A stretch of DNA of 64,000 nt from a virus, in the IMG/VR virus record IMGVR_UViG_3300015263_000962, positions 1 to 64,000 of that record; one strand, 5' to 3'. Both the position numbers and the translations under genes were made by a program. Positions within the stretch are counted from its first letter, which is position 1. Every line of letters begins with the position of its first letter. This document shows, in pieces, positions 45,818-54,961 of this stretch. The notes beneath the pieces are model-generated. The model made no database searches. It worked only from the letters and a program-made list of their open reading frames with translations, and was not told where the DNA came from.

Positions 45818-46390
45818 ATGCCAACAGAACATGAGTACAAGTATGTGATTGATTTGGCTCTGGCCGACAAGTATTCCCACAAGGACATCAAGTCCATGGC
45901 CGACCATTTCACTCACATCAAACAGGGCTATCTGGCATTCTCTAAGGGAATGACGACTCGCATCCGCTGCATCACCACCACCAAGAAGGAGCGGTGGTAC
46001 TTAACTTTCAAACAGAAAGTTGGCAACCGAGTCATAGAAGTTGAGAAGAAGATCGATTCTCGTGACGGCCACGATTTGTGGGAAGTTTGTGTCGGAAAAT
46101 TAAAGAAAGATCGGTATGCCATCGATAATGAAGGTATCACATGGGAATTGGATTTCTTTAAGAAAGGCACCCTGTACTTCATTTTGGCAGAAGTCGAATT
46201 GGAAGAAGGGGCACCAAGGCCGAAGAGTGTGCCGGGGTTTCTTAAGGAATACATTCTTTATGAAGTTCCCTTGACTGATGACCGTTTTTCAAATAAAAGG
46301 TTAGGAGACGCAGAGTATGCGACTGGCCTTTACGCAGCGATTCAAAAAGGAGAAATCGATGGCTACTACAACGACACAGAGGACACATAG
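45818..46390 (+). CDS. CYTH-domain (triphosphate tunnel) protein
   Basis: EHEYKY, IKQGYL, RIR, LTFK, KDRY, WELDFF, AEVEL and RFSN. Confidence 0.9.
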   Translation: MPTEHEYKYVIDLALADKYSHKDIKSMADHFTHIKQGYLAFSKGMTTRIRCITTTKKERWYLTFKQKVGNRVIEVEKKIDSRDGHDLWEVCVGKLKKDRYAIDNEGITWELDFFKKGTLYFILAEVELEEGAPRPKSVPGFLKEYILYEVPLTDDRFSNKRLGDAEYATGLYAAIQKGEIDGYYNDTEDT

Positions 46391-46709
46391 GAAGGTCTAT
46401 GACCTTGTGTCCAAGAAGCCGGTTGCCCGCTTCTACTACCAAGGCAACCACACGCACCCAATTCGCCGCACCGTCCTCGTGATCGAAGAAGACGACACGA
46501 AGCTGGTCGGCTACGAGTTCCGTGCCGGAAACGTCGTGCGAACTCGTGAAGAAGCGTTGTCCTGCATCCGTACTTACAGAAAGGATCGCATCGCCAAGTG
46601 GGGTGACTATTCTCGCCTCCGCATGACGACAAAGACGTTTCTCAAAGACCCGGACAAGACCACGCTTGAACGCTCGTCCATCGTCACGATGTTCAGCGAA
46701 GGACCATAA
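46359..46709 (+). CDS. WYL-like small domain protein
   Basis: FYY..RRTV..LVGYE..IRTYRKDRI resembles WYL RxFRxDRI. Confidence 0.5.
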   Translation: MATTTTQRTHRKVYDLVSKKPVARFYYQGNHTHPIRRTVLVIEEDDTKLVGYEFRAGNVVRTREEALSCIRTYRKDRIAKWGDYSRLRMTTKTFLKDPDKTTLERSSIVTMFSEGP

Positions 46710-46733
46710 CACCTTTGCGAATCAGGTGTTTTG

Positions 46734-46761
46734 AAAGACGCAGCAATGCGTCTTTCTTTTT
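46734..46761 (+). terminator. intrinsic terminator
   Basis: AAAGACGCA-GCAA-TGCGTCTTT followed by a T-run. Confidence 0.75.
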
Positions 46762-46787
46762 GCGCCATCTTAAACTACAATGAAATC

Positions 46788-47285
46788 ATGAACGACAACT
46801 TTTTCCAACATATGATGAACCGAGGCTTCCTCATCTTTGAGGCCGGTACAAAATTTGTACTGACCAAACTTCCGACTCCTGCCGATCCTCGGCCTGCGAT
46901 CACAGATGAAGTGAAGGCGAACACATCAGAGCTTGAGTTTGACTCATGGGATGCCGCTGTCGCTAAAGCCAAATACCTATGTCAATGGCAGGATCAAGTC
47001 AACGAAACCATTCCTCATCAAAACGGCACAGGGTGGTTGATGCAGATGATGTATCAGCATCGTGGCTTGGGTCGCAAGGTCGCTGAATTGGGCGAGGTTG
47101 GGCCTGTCAGCTACGACAAAGCCAAGGCAGAAGCCGAAGAGCGTGCCCGACGATATGTTGAAGATGGGTTCGCAGAAGGAGAAATCGAAAGATGGGAAGT
47201 AAGGATCAGGCCATTCAAGAAATCAATCAGCACTACCAGTCCAACCTCGCAGAACACAGCGATCAACGGCATCTCCGACTTCTAA
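46788..47285 (+). CDS. hypothetical protein
   Basis: ORF. Confidence 0.55.
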   Translation: MNDNFFQHMMNRGFLIFEAGTKFVLTKLPTPADPRPAITDEVKANTSELEFDSWDAAVAKAKYLCQWQDQVNETIPHQNGTGWLMQMMYQHRGLGRKVAELGEVGPVSYDKAKAEAEERARRYVEDGFAEGEIERWEVRIRPFKKSISTTSPTSQNTAINGISDF

Positions 47286-47989
47286 AGCGATACGGAGAAC
47301 AGTGCGATTCTATCACAGAGATCGGCTTTCGGGGCGGCGTCTCTGCCTCAGCCTTTCTGGCATCGTTGCCCAAAAAGTTCACCGCAGTTGACTGGGATCG
47401 CCATCCCTTCAAAGTCAACCGGCTAGTTCTCAACGCCATGCAGCAGCGATCTGAGGCCGCTGGCATTCAGTTTGAGTTCATCAGCGGAGACAGCCTTCAT
47501 GTGAGACTGGAGCCGTGTGACTTGCTGTTCATTGACAGCTTCCACACCTACGAGCATTTGTTCCTCGAATTGATCCGGCACCATTGTCGGGCTCAGAAGT
47601 TCATCCTCTTACACGATACAGACGTGCCGACTTGTCCGGGGATGTTCCACGCTGTCGAGGACTTCTTGTTGGATAATTCTGATCTGTGGGATCTGGAAGC
47701 AAGACATCGAGAGTCGCCCGGCTTGACGATTCTTCGCAGGAAGGCTCCCGACGATCATCGGGGCTATCCTCGGGTGGTAATACGGACCTTGGAACTGGCT
47801 GTGGCCCGTCAGAAAGAGATGTACTATTCCCAAATTGATCAAACAGGATCTTCCAATCAGCAGTGGCATGATTGGGCTTGGAGCGAGTTGATGAGATTTT
47901 CTGATCGAGAGCGTTGGCCGCTTGCGAACAAGTCGAGCGGGGCAACCGAGATGGTTGCTTCATATCAATCTCGTCAAACAGAGAGTTGA
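47192..47989 (+). CDS. class I SAM methyltransferase (Methyltransf_24-like)
   Basis: TEIGFRGGVS, GDSL, DLLFIDSFHTY and LLHDT. Confidence 0.85.
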   Translation: MGSKDQAIQEINQHYQSNLAEHSDQRHLRLLKRYGEQCDSITEIGFRGGVSASAFLASLPKKFTAVDWDRHPFKVNRLVLNAMQQRSEAAGIQFEFISGDSLHVRLEPCDLLFIDSFHTYEHLFLELIRHHCRAQKFILLHDTDVPTCPGMFHAVEDFLLDNSDLWDLEARHRESPGLTILRRKAPDDHRGYPRVVIRTLELAVARQKEMYYSQIDQTGSSNQQWHDWAWSELMRFSDRERWPLANKSSGATEMVASYQSRQTES

Positions 47990-48121
47990 GGTCGTTGGAA
48001 TACGCTGTCCTCTCCGTAACAAAAACATGGCACCCCGTTTTTTGAGGTGCCATGGAGTTTTGCTCGGAAGGAAAATTATACAGCTTGAAGTCTGTCCAAA
48101 TTTTCCACCTTCTCTCTTTTG

Positions 48122-48730
48122 TTACATGACAAAGAACATGTATCCGAAGAAGGCCAACTGTGCGATCAGAATGCCTGCCATAACGATGTTAATGACACCA
48201 TCGTTTTTCTTCTTGTCAGCCACATTCTTCTCGACCACTGATTGGGCATTGAAGATTGGTTGCGGCTGTGGCTCATAAGCCATTGGCATTGCTTCTGACT
48301 TGTGATGGATGACAGGCTCCATGTGCTCCATAAGAGCGGAGACACCTGCAACAACACCATCAGCTACCAGCTTGTCGATCTCATCTTTGCGAACATAGTC
48401 GCCATCGACGATCTTGGCGTGGTCGGCCAGACCAATACGTTCACGCACTTGCATAGGCGGTTCTGCATCTCTGGAAATGACCTCACGCTGCACGACTTCA
48501 CCGTCACGCACCAACTCATGAGTTTCTTTGGCGACGATCTTCTTATGCTCTCTGACAATTCGCTTTTCAAGTTTCTTCGGTCGTTTTTCCTCAGCAAAGA
48601 TTTCAACAATCTCATTGCCATCTTCATCGAAGGAAATGTGACGTTCTGCGTGGCGACCGTCATCCAATGTCAGATGTTGAATCTGCACATGGTCACAATG
48701 TTCGTCGCAGCAGTGATGCTTATTAGCCAT
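48122..48730 (-). CDS. hypothetical protein with C-terminal TM anchor
   Basis: GGAGGG SD; ATACATA upstream. Confidence 0.7.
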   Translation of the reverse strand: MANKHHCCDEHCDHVQIQHLTLDDGRHAERHISFDEDGNEIVEIFAEEKRPKKLEKRIVREHKKIVAKETHELVRDGEVVQREVISRDAEPPMQVRERIGLADHAKIVDGDYVRKDEIDKLVADGVVAGVSALMEHMEPVIHHKSEAMPMAYEPQPQPIFNAQSVVEKNVADKKKNDGVINIVMAGILIAQLAFFGYMFFVM

Positions 48731-48818
48731 AATTCCCCTCCCGTGGGTAAGTTCATAGAGATGATCTACTACACCTCTATGTATGCAGAGTTGATCGGAT
48801 TTTGGGTGTGGATTTCGG

Positions 48819-49394
48819 TCAGAGACCCCACCTCATTCTGAGTCTTTCCCAGAACGATTGTTTTTTCTCACGGACTTTCAGGGCTCGCTCCTGATCGTGC
48901 TGGGCTTTGGATTCTTTTTCTTTTTTCTTGGACGCCGTGTACAGACGGTCGATCATGGATTCCCATTCTTCGAACGGAGCATAGGCTTCAAGTTCGCCAG
49001 CCACTTCTTTGTAAACCAGATACCCTTTGTAGGTCACTGTCAGCTTGTGATTGGCTTGGTGGTACTGAACCTCCAAGTGCATCCCTCGACTAAGCCCATC
49101 GAATATGTAGCCCTCGTGATGCACGAAGTCATCGCCCATCTCGGCGATCTCATCACGAGACACCAACGGACCTTTCTGTTCGCTCATTGTGGTCTCGAAA
49201 ACCTCGTCCACAAAATCATCATAGGGATCATCCATGAAAACTTGATCAAAGAGACCACTGCCCTGACGCAGTATCGGACTGCCCAGAGTTCTCACAATCA
49301 CGCCAAGCTTCCCAGAAGGCCCCATCAAATTCTTCTTCGTGGCTTCTATGGTTCGCTTTTCACGGATGACTGCTTCTTTTTGATCCCAAGGCAT
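48819..49394 (-). CDS. hypothetical protein
   Basis: AGGAGGAGG SD. Confidence 0.7.
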   Translation of the reverse strand: MPWDQKEAVIREKRTIEATKKNLMGPSGKLGVIVRTLGSPILRQGSGLFDQVFMDDPYDDFVDEVFETTMSEQKGPLVSRDEIAEMGDDFVHHEGYIFDGLSRGMHLEVQYHQANHKLTVTYKGYLVYKEVAGELEAYAPFEEWESMIDRLYTASKKKEKESKAQHDQERALKVREKKQSFWERLRMRWGL

Positions 49395-49435
49395 CTTACC
49401 TCCTCCTGTTAACCCTATATAGGGTGGAGGTTCTT

Positions 49436-50914
49436 ATGAAAATCGTAGACAAAGTAATGGAGTTTCTGGGCTTCGAAAAAGTTACCGAAGTGGGTGCCAA
49501 CCGCAGTAGCCGCACTCGCTGGAGACGACGACCCGGTACAGCAAAAAGCCAATCCGTCAACAACGAACGGATTGAGTATGTGCTCAATGACATGAGCACG
49601 CCACAACTGGTAAAGATGGTCAACACACCACAACCACCAGCGGCCCCGAAGTTCGCAGTTAAGGATTTTGCCGGTGGCGGATATCCCAGAGGGAGCGTCC
49701 AGTCTCAAGCAGCCAACTGCGCCGTGACGATCAGCAACGTGCTGAATTTTCACACCAACTTCACAGACAAGCCGGTTCACAAGTGGAGTGGCACGCCTCT
49801 TCTGGCTGTGTTCCCGAGAGCCGGGCAGGATCTCAATGCGTACTACGACCGTCGCACCTTGAGTTTCTTCTATTTCGGCCACAAGGCAATTGGCGGAACT
49901 GTGTTTGCCGCCGACTCGGCAGACATCGTGTCTCACGAACTTGGACATGCCATTTTGGACGCATACCGACCTGACACATGGGCTGCTGCCTCTCTGGAAG
50001 TGTGGGCTTTCCACGAAGCTTTCGGTGACTTGACAGCCATGATCAACCTGATGTCGCACCGGGAGATGTTGCTTTATGCCATCAATCAGACAGGCGGCGA
50101 TATGCGTAAGCCGAACGTCATCTCTAATCTCGCTGAAGATTTTGGCCGTGCGATCTTTAAGTTGACCGGACCAGCAAGCGGGCGTAACCCAGCTTACCTG
50201 AGAAGTGCCATTAACGATTTCAAGTATGTGAACCCCGGCACACTGCCAGAAGAAGCTCCAGACAACAAGTTGGCCGCAGAGTGCCACAGCTTTTCCAGAA
50301 TCTTCACTGGTGCCTTTTATGACATTCTCGTAATGATCTACGAAGATATCAGAAGCAAGGGAAACCTCGGTCCCGTTGACTCCTTGGCCCAAGCACGCAA
50401 CTGGTTGTGGAAGTATGTGCTCAAAGCCATTCAGAACGCTCCGATGAACGTCAAGTTCTTTGAGTCTGTGGCAAAGACTATGTTGTGGGCCGATGTGACC
50501 CTGAACAACAAGACCTATCATGATCGCATGATGGAAATCTTCATGAATCGAAACATGATGACTCCTCAGTTCCGAATTCTTTCGGCACCGACCTGCGACA
50601 ACGACAACGCCATCATGACAACTCAAAGCAAGATGACCCTCAAATTGGGCGATCACCTGCTGCGAGCCCAGTCCAACAACCCGTTGTATGATGTGGAAAT
50701 CGAAATCCCACAAGATTCGGTCTTTCTGTACGACAACAACAAGCAGTTGATCGATGCGATCTCCTGCTCGGACGAAGATGCCTTGAGTGGTGCTCAAGAC
50801 ATGATTACCTACCTGCACTCTGCACGTCTGGTGGATGATACAGACAAGACGCCGTTTGCAGTTCAAGAAGGCAAGTTGGTTCGAACCCACTTTGCCTGCA
50901 AGTGCTGTCGATAA
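49436..50914 (+). CDS. zinc metallopeptidase (M4/M36 gluzincin-like)
   Basis: LNAYYDR, SADIVSHELGHAILD, FHEAFGD and ECHSFSRIF. Confidence 0.9.
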   Translation: MKIVDKVMEFLGFEKVTEVGANRSSRTRWRRRPGTAKSQSVNNERIEYVLNDMSTPQLVKMVNTPQPPAAPKFAVKDFAGGGYPRGSVQSQAANCAVTISNVLNFHTNFTDKPVHKWSGTPLLAVFPRAGQDLNAYYDRRTLSFFYFGHKAIGGTVFAADSADIVSHELGHAILDAYRPDTWAAASLEVWAFHEAFGDLTAMINLMSHREMLLYAINQTGGDMRKPNVISNLAEDFGRAIFKLTGPASGRNPAYLRSAINDFKYVNPGTLPEEAPDNKLAAECHSFSRIFTGAFYDILVMIYEDIRSKGNLGPVDSLAQARNWLWKYVLKAIQNAPMNVKFFESVAKTMLWADVTLNNKTYHDRMMEIFMNRNMMTPQFRILSAPTCDNDNAIMTTQSKMTLKLGDHLLRAQSNNPLYDVEIEIPQDSVFLYDNNKQLIDAISCSDEDALSGAQDMITYLHSARLVDDTDKTPFAVQEGKLVRTHFACKCCR

Positions 50915-50923
50915 GGAGATTTT

Positions 50924-51229
50924 ATGACTTGTTCTAATTGTGGTCCCAGCAAATACTCGCCCGAATACAACCGGAGGTTTAAGCCAGAAAATGCCTCCGG
51001 TTGTTGTGGCGGCAATAGCCCTGACTGCGACGTTCCCAGCAAGGCCGTCGAAGGCAGTCCGCTCTGGGACTGGGAACAGGAGCACGGAAAACTCGTTGCC
51101 CACATCACTAAGAAGCTCGGGGACGACGGAAGATTCTTTCTGGAGATCGAACGTGTCGCCTGCGGGAAGTCCAGCACCCGCCAAGAGAGAAAAGGCTGCT
51201 GTTCCTTAAAATACCGGGTCGTCAGATAG
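50924..51229 (+). CDS. small Cys-rich protein
   Basis: AAGGAG SD; several Cys clusters. Confidence 0.6.
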   Translation: MTCSNCGPSKYSPEYNRRFKPENASGCCGGNSPDCDVPSKAVEGSPLWDWEQEHGKLVAHITKKLGDDGRFFLEIERVACGKSSTRQERKGCCSLKYRVVR

Positions 51230-51263
51230 CCGGTTTTCTGTAATTATTTGGATCGAGATCCGC

Positions 51264-51292
51264 TTGCGTTTTTTAAGTAACGGATCTACTAT
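51264..51292 (+). promoter_or_regulatory. sigma70-type promoter for the Asp-rich gene
   Basis: TTGCGT-17 nt-TACTAT, then AGGAGG and ATG at 51330. Confidence 0.6.
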
Positions 51293-51329
51293 ACTCTTAC
51301 GTCTCTCAAACAAGGTAGGAGGTGATCCG

Positions 51330-51626
51330 ATGTGCTTTTCAACCGATATGCCTGAGTGGCTTGAAGAAAGCCGTGGTTTCCAAATGGTCGAAACGGTCAG
51401 CGATGACTACGACGATGACTGGGATGAAGATGATCTCGACGATCTCGACGACGATGATTATGACGACGACGACTACAACACCTACTCATACGAGGATGAC
51501 CTCGACGAAGACGACGAGGATGACGAAGACGACCTAGACGACCTCGATGATGACGATTGGGGCGACGACGATGACGACGACCTCGATGATGACGATTGGG
51601 ACGACGACGAATCTCGACGACGATGA
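51330..51626 (+). CDS. extremely Asp-rich acidic protein (tail probably frameshifted)
   Basis: AGGAGG SD; poly-D interrupted by W/L/Y. Confidence 0.7.
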   Translation: MCFSTDMPEWLEESRGFQMVETVSDDYDDDWDEDDLDDLDDDDYDDDDYNTYSYEDDLDEDDEDDEDDLDDLDDDDWGDDDDDDLDDDDWDDDESRRR

Positions 51627-51644
51627 TTGGGATGACGACGACGA

Positions 51645-52223
51645 ATGAAGTTGGCGACTGAGTATCTTGTAAGAACAGGAGCGATCAGGGAATTCTTTAA
51701 GACGCCGTGCTCTTTGTGTCTCAATTCTTTGACACTGGGAGCACCAATGGTGTTGACAATTGAAGAATTCTCTGATCGCCCTTTCTTCAAGGTCACTCAG
51801 TACATTCTTCGAGACATCCCGCCCGAGATCCAAGTTCATGAAGTTGTCGATGTGTTCAATAGCGACAAGGTTTTGGTGCCGGGCTATCGGCCCATTTCCT
51901 ACCGGGAATCTTACTTCCCCAGAGGGCTGAATTCTTACAATCACCCGATGCCAGAGTATCTCTGGAACCTCTACACGAAACAGTCATTGAATTCAGACAA
52001 CCATAGAAGACACCGGGAGCACTGGCTGTGGTCTGTCTTTTCTCGCTTGGCTTTCGGCGACATCTACGACCAGATGGACGTTCTCCGGTTTCGGCCCACC
52101 CTGAAATTGACTTGGCAAGGCTGGAAGACCCGGATGCTTTTTGACAACTCGGTCGCTGCTGAGTTGATCTTCATGAAAAGCTTCCCGAAGCTCATTTTGC
52201 CTTCATCTTCTTCATCCTCTTGA
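51645..52223 (+). CDS. hypothetical protein
   Basis: ORF with CSLC. Confidence 0.6.
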   Translation: MKLATEYLVRTGAIREFFKTPCSLCLNSLTLGAPMVLTIEEFSDRPFFKVTQYILRDIPPEIQVHEVVDVFNSDKVLVPGYRPISYRESYFPRGLNSYNHPMPEYLWNLYTKQSLNSDNHRRHREHWLWSVFSRLAFGDIYDQMDVLRFRPTLKLTWQGWKTRMLFDNSVAAELIFMKSFPKLILPSSSSSS

Positions 52224-52437
52224 GCATCAGTTTCCTGCGATGCGCCGGGGAAAGATAATCGGCTGTGGGTGATTTGACGCCAGACTTAGGCGGATTGTCG
52301 CCGCCTTGAGGGAAAGCTCCGGCCTCTTTGGACGCAATATCCCTGTAGTATCGCACAAGATCGATAGAGGACCAGTCTGGTCCGCCACCCGGTCCTCCGA
52401 TATTCTCGTTCGTCTGTAACCACAATTTGAATCTCAT
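52192..52437 (-). CDS. small protein with capsid-targeting-like N-terminus (MRFKLWLQTNE)
   Basis: Resembles 3420-3614, including a basic C-terminal tail. Confidence 0.6.
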   Translation of the reverse strand: MRFKLWLQTNENIGGPGGGPDWSSIDLVRYYRDIASKEAGAFPQGGDNPPKSGVKSPTADYLSPAHRRKLMLKRMKKMKAK

Positions 52438-52453
52438 CACACTTATATACTGT

Positions 52454-52996
52454 ATGAGACATTCAGATTGGCACGGCATTATGAAGATCCTTGAGGTCAC
52501 GCATCGTGATCCTGAAGGAAAGATCCTTTTCTACGAGAACAACATCCTCAACATCCTTCACAATGATGGGGAGGAATTCCTGCTCCGGGCAGCCTTCACA
52601 GGCGGAACCGTGAGCACTGTCATTCCCGAGAACTACTACTTGGGCCTCGACAATCGTGGTTCCTTGGATGTCGGAGACGACATGGATTCACTGATCGGTG
52701 AACCCCAATCTGGCGGCTACCAGCGTCAGTTGGTGAGTTCCTCTGGTGACTTCGCCATCAACTTCGAATCAGGACACTTCGTTGCCACCAGTCCAATTGT
52801 TGCTTTCCGATCCACTTCTGCTGACTGGGGGCCTGTGAGCAATCTGTTTCTCACAGACAAAGCTGACAATACCGGCTCCCTAATCTCTTCTGCGAGACTC
52901 TCCTCGCCGCTGATCGTCGCTCTTGGCGACAGCGTAACCATGCGAATCGGGATGCAACTTCGAGATTGTATCGATAGCACATCAGACAGCACATAA
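52454..52996 (+). CDS. putative tail/baseplate structural protein
   Basis: NILHNDGE..L..YYLGL..EP..GGYQRQ..WGPV..GDSVT tail-collar-like pattern. Confidence 0.65.
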   Translation: MRHSDWHGIMKILEVTHRDPEGKILFYENNILNILHNDGEEFLLRAAFTGGTVSTVIPENYYLGLDNRGSLDVGDDMDSLIGEPQSGGYQRQLVSSSGDFAINFESGHFVATSPIVAFRSTSADWGPVSNLFLTDKADNTGSLISSARLSSPLIVALGDSVTMRIGMQLRDCIDSTSDST

Positions 52997-53473
52997 GCTG
53001 TCTGTAAGAACGCTCATGTCTTCCATTGTGACGAAATGAGCGATCTTCATTGTGGTGTCATCCTTCTTGACCTGATTGTGTTCCCTGTAGAAAAGGTATT
53101 GGCTTCCGCCATCTTTGATGTCTAGGAGGTTCTTTGACGATACTTCGGTTACGCACTTGCTGTAGTATTCCTCTTCGAGCTTTCCTTGTCGGCTCAACTC
53201 ACGCCATTGTTCATCTGAGATCTCTGGCCGGGAGCTTTTGCGATGGGGCAAAACCACTTCGTATCCGTCTTTCAAAATTTGGATTGGGGTGTCCCGCTTA
53301 CTGTTTTTCAAGTAGTAGCGGCAAAACACTTCACGTCCGGGTTCAGAGGTGAAATTCTTCGTAAACCACACAGGAATTGAGACCCCGGTGAGCACCAAGT
53401 CGATCCCTTCATGGAGGGCGTACCTTTGCTCTTTTGTCAGATAAATCTTGTGGTGAATTGTAAGACTCAACAT
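52982..53473 (-). CDS. hypothetical protein
   Basis: GAGG SD. Confidence 0.6.
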   Translation of the reverse strand: MLSLTIHHKIYLTKEQRYALHEGIDLVLTGVSIPVWFTKNFTSEPGREVFCRYYLKNSKRDTPIQILKDGYEVVLPHRKSSRPEISDEQWRELSRQGKLEEEYYSKCVTEVSSKNLLDIKDGGSQYLFYREHNQVKKDDTTMKIAHFVTMEDMSVLTDSLCAV

Positions 53474-53532
53474 CGATACCTCGCTGTTTTCATATATAAC
53501 TGAGTAAGTCTAATCGAGATTGAGGAGAGCCT

Positions 53533-54456
53533 GTGTCGCAAAATAAAACTCTACTCCTGTTGGGGTCCGTGCTGATGATGGCTGTTGTCAACTTCTTCAT
53601 GGTTGTTGGCTATCAGAACCACAAAATTCCGGGATACGATCTCTCGACGAATCCCATCGACAACATGCCGTTGATTGACAACGACCCATTTGCCGCTCTG
53701 GCACATGGCGGGGCTCCTATCGAGCAAAGAGACGCTGAATTTCGCAGATGGCTCTCTCAAGGGGTCAAGATTCGAGTCAGCGGTGCATCTGGTTCAGGAA
53801 CCATCGTCTACTTCAATGAAGATGACGGTTGGGCCTATGTGCAGTCCTGCGGCCATCTGTGGTCCGGGAACATGAGTGCCGAGGAAGGCAAGCGGCGAAA
53901 GATTACATGCACTGTCCAGACTTGGTATCACAACGAAACCAAATTGGGCCAACCGCAAGACTACCAAGCAGAGGTTCTTTACTACAGCAACAGCCGTGGT
54001 CGAGACTGTAGCCTTCTGAGGTTCCGTCCAGACTGGGTGCCCAACTACCTTCCTATCGCTCCAGAAGACTTTCAGTATCATCCGGGAATGAGACTGCATT
54101 CGGTGGGCTGCGACGGCGGCAGAGAGGTTGCACACTACGATGTAGAAGTTGTTGGTTTAAGAGATGGCGATTGGCCCGATCTCGTCACCACAAGAAACAG
54201 CCCCCGACCGGGACGATCCGGTGGAGGGCTGTCATCCGATGACTACTACGTTGGAATCTGCTGGGGAACATCCAGCTACGACGGTGATGGGAACGGTTAC
54301 TTCACGCCACTCAACACCATTCGTGAGTACAACAAGATGAACGGTTACGGTTGGCTTAATGATGTGGGCTTCAGTCTGGCACGCCAGATTCCCATCATCG
54401 ACCGAAACAATCCACAAGGAAAATATCCTCGTGATTACATCCCATTGCCTCGTTAG
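53533..54456 (+). CDS. trypsin-like serine protease, membrane anchored
   Basis: GSGTI, SCGH, DCSLL and PGRSGGGL. Confidence 0.85.
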   Translation: MSQNKTLLLLGSVLMMAVVNFFMVVGYQNHKIPGYDLSTNPIDNMPLIDNDPFAALAHGGAPIEQRDAEFRRWLSQGVKIRVSGASGSGTIVYFNEDDGWAYVQSCGHLWSGNMSAEEGKRRKITCTVQTWYHNETKLGQPQDYQAEVLYYSNSRGRDCSLLRFRPDWVPNYLPIAPEDFQYHPGMRLHSVGCDGGREVAHYDVEVVGLRDGDWPDLVTTRNSPRPGRSGGGLSSDDYYVGICWGTSSYDGDGNGYFTPLNTIREYNKMNGYGWLNDVGFSLARQIPIIDRNNPQGKYPRDYIPLPR

Positions 54457-54950
54457 TTCTTGGCAGCTTTTGTGTACTTGTCCACGTCCAGCCAAGCAAT
54501 AGGCTTGGGACCGAAACCGCCGACGTAGTAGATGTCCTTGATCTTCAGCCGGTAAAAGGCGAAGTCGTGGAACTCTTCGTAGATCTTGGCGTCGGGAAAT
54601 CTCTTGAAGTAGATTTCCTTGACAGCCTTCAGATCGCCATCAGGCACCTTCTCGAATTCACCCATCAACGTCACACGAGGGCTATCCAGTTCGGCTTCCT
54701 TGCTTGGCGTCGTGACAAACAAGCTGGCCTTTGGGTTTTTCTCGATGTTCTGGGTATGGATGGCGAGGGTGCTGATGAAGATCAGCGGACGACCTTCAGC
54801 GTCAACGGCATACGGCATGACAGAGCCAAACGGACCTTTCTCATGCGTGGTGCAAGCTGTTCCAACTTTTGTATCGCTGACCAGCTTGAAGGCCAACTCT
54901 TCTGCTGAGGGTTCGGCTGCCAGCAGAACAGCACATAGAAGAAAAGTCAT
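54453..54950 (-). CDS. pyridoxamine 5'-phosphate oxidase / HugZ / CREG-like split-barrel protein with signal peptide
   Basis: PFGSVMPY, ISTLAIHTQNI..NP.ASL, PRVTLMG and YVGGFG. Confidence 0.88.
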   Translation of the reverse strand: MTFLLCAVLLAAEPSAEELAFKLVSDTKVGTACTTHEKGPFGSVMPYAVDAEGRPLIFISTLAIHTQNIEKNPKASLFVTTPSKEAELDSPRVTLMGEFEKVPDGDLKAVKEIYFKRFPDAKIYEEFHDFAFYRLKIKDIYYVGGFGPKPIAWLDVDKYTKAAKN

Positions 54951-54961
54951 TCTGACTCCTT

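Noticed and set aside
49415-51184. 589-aa minus-strand ORF
   Set aside because: Antisense to a clear HEXXH metallopeptidase gene.
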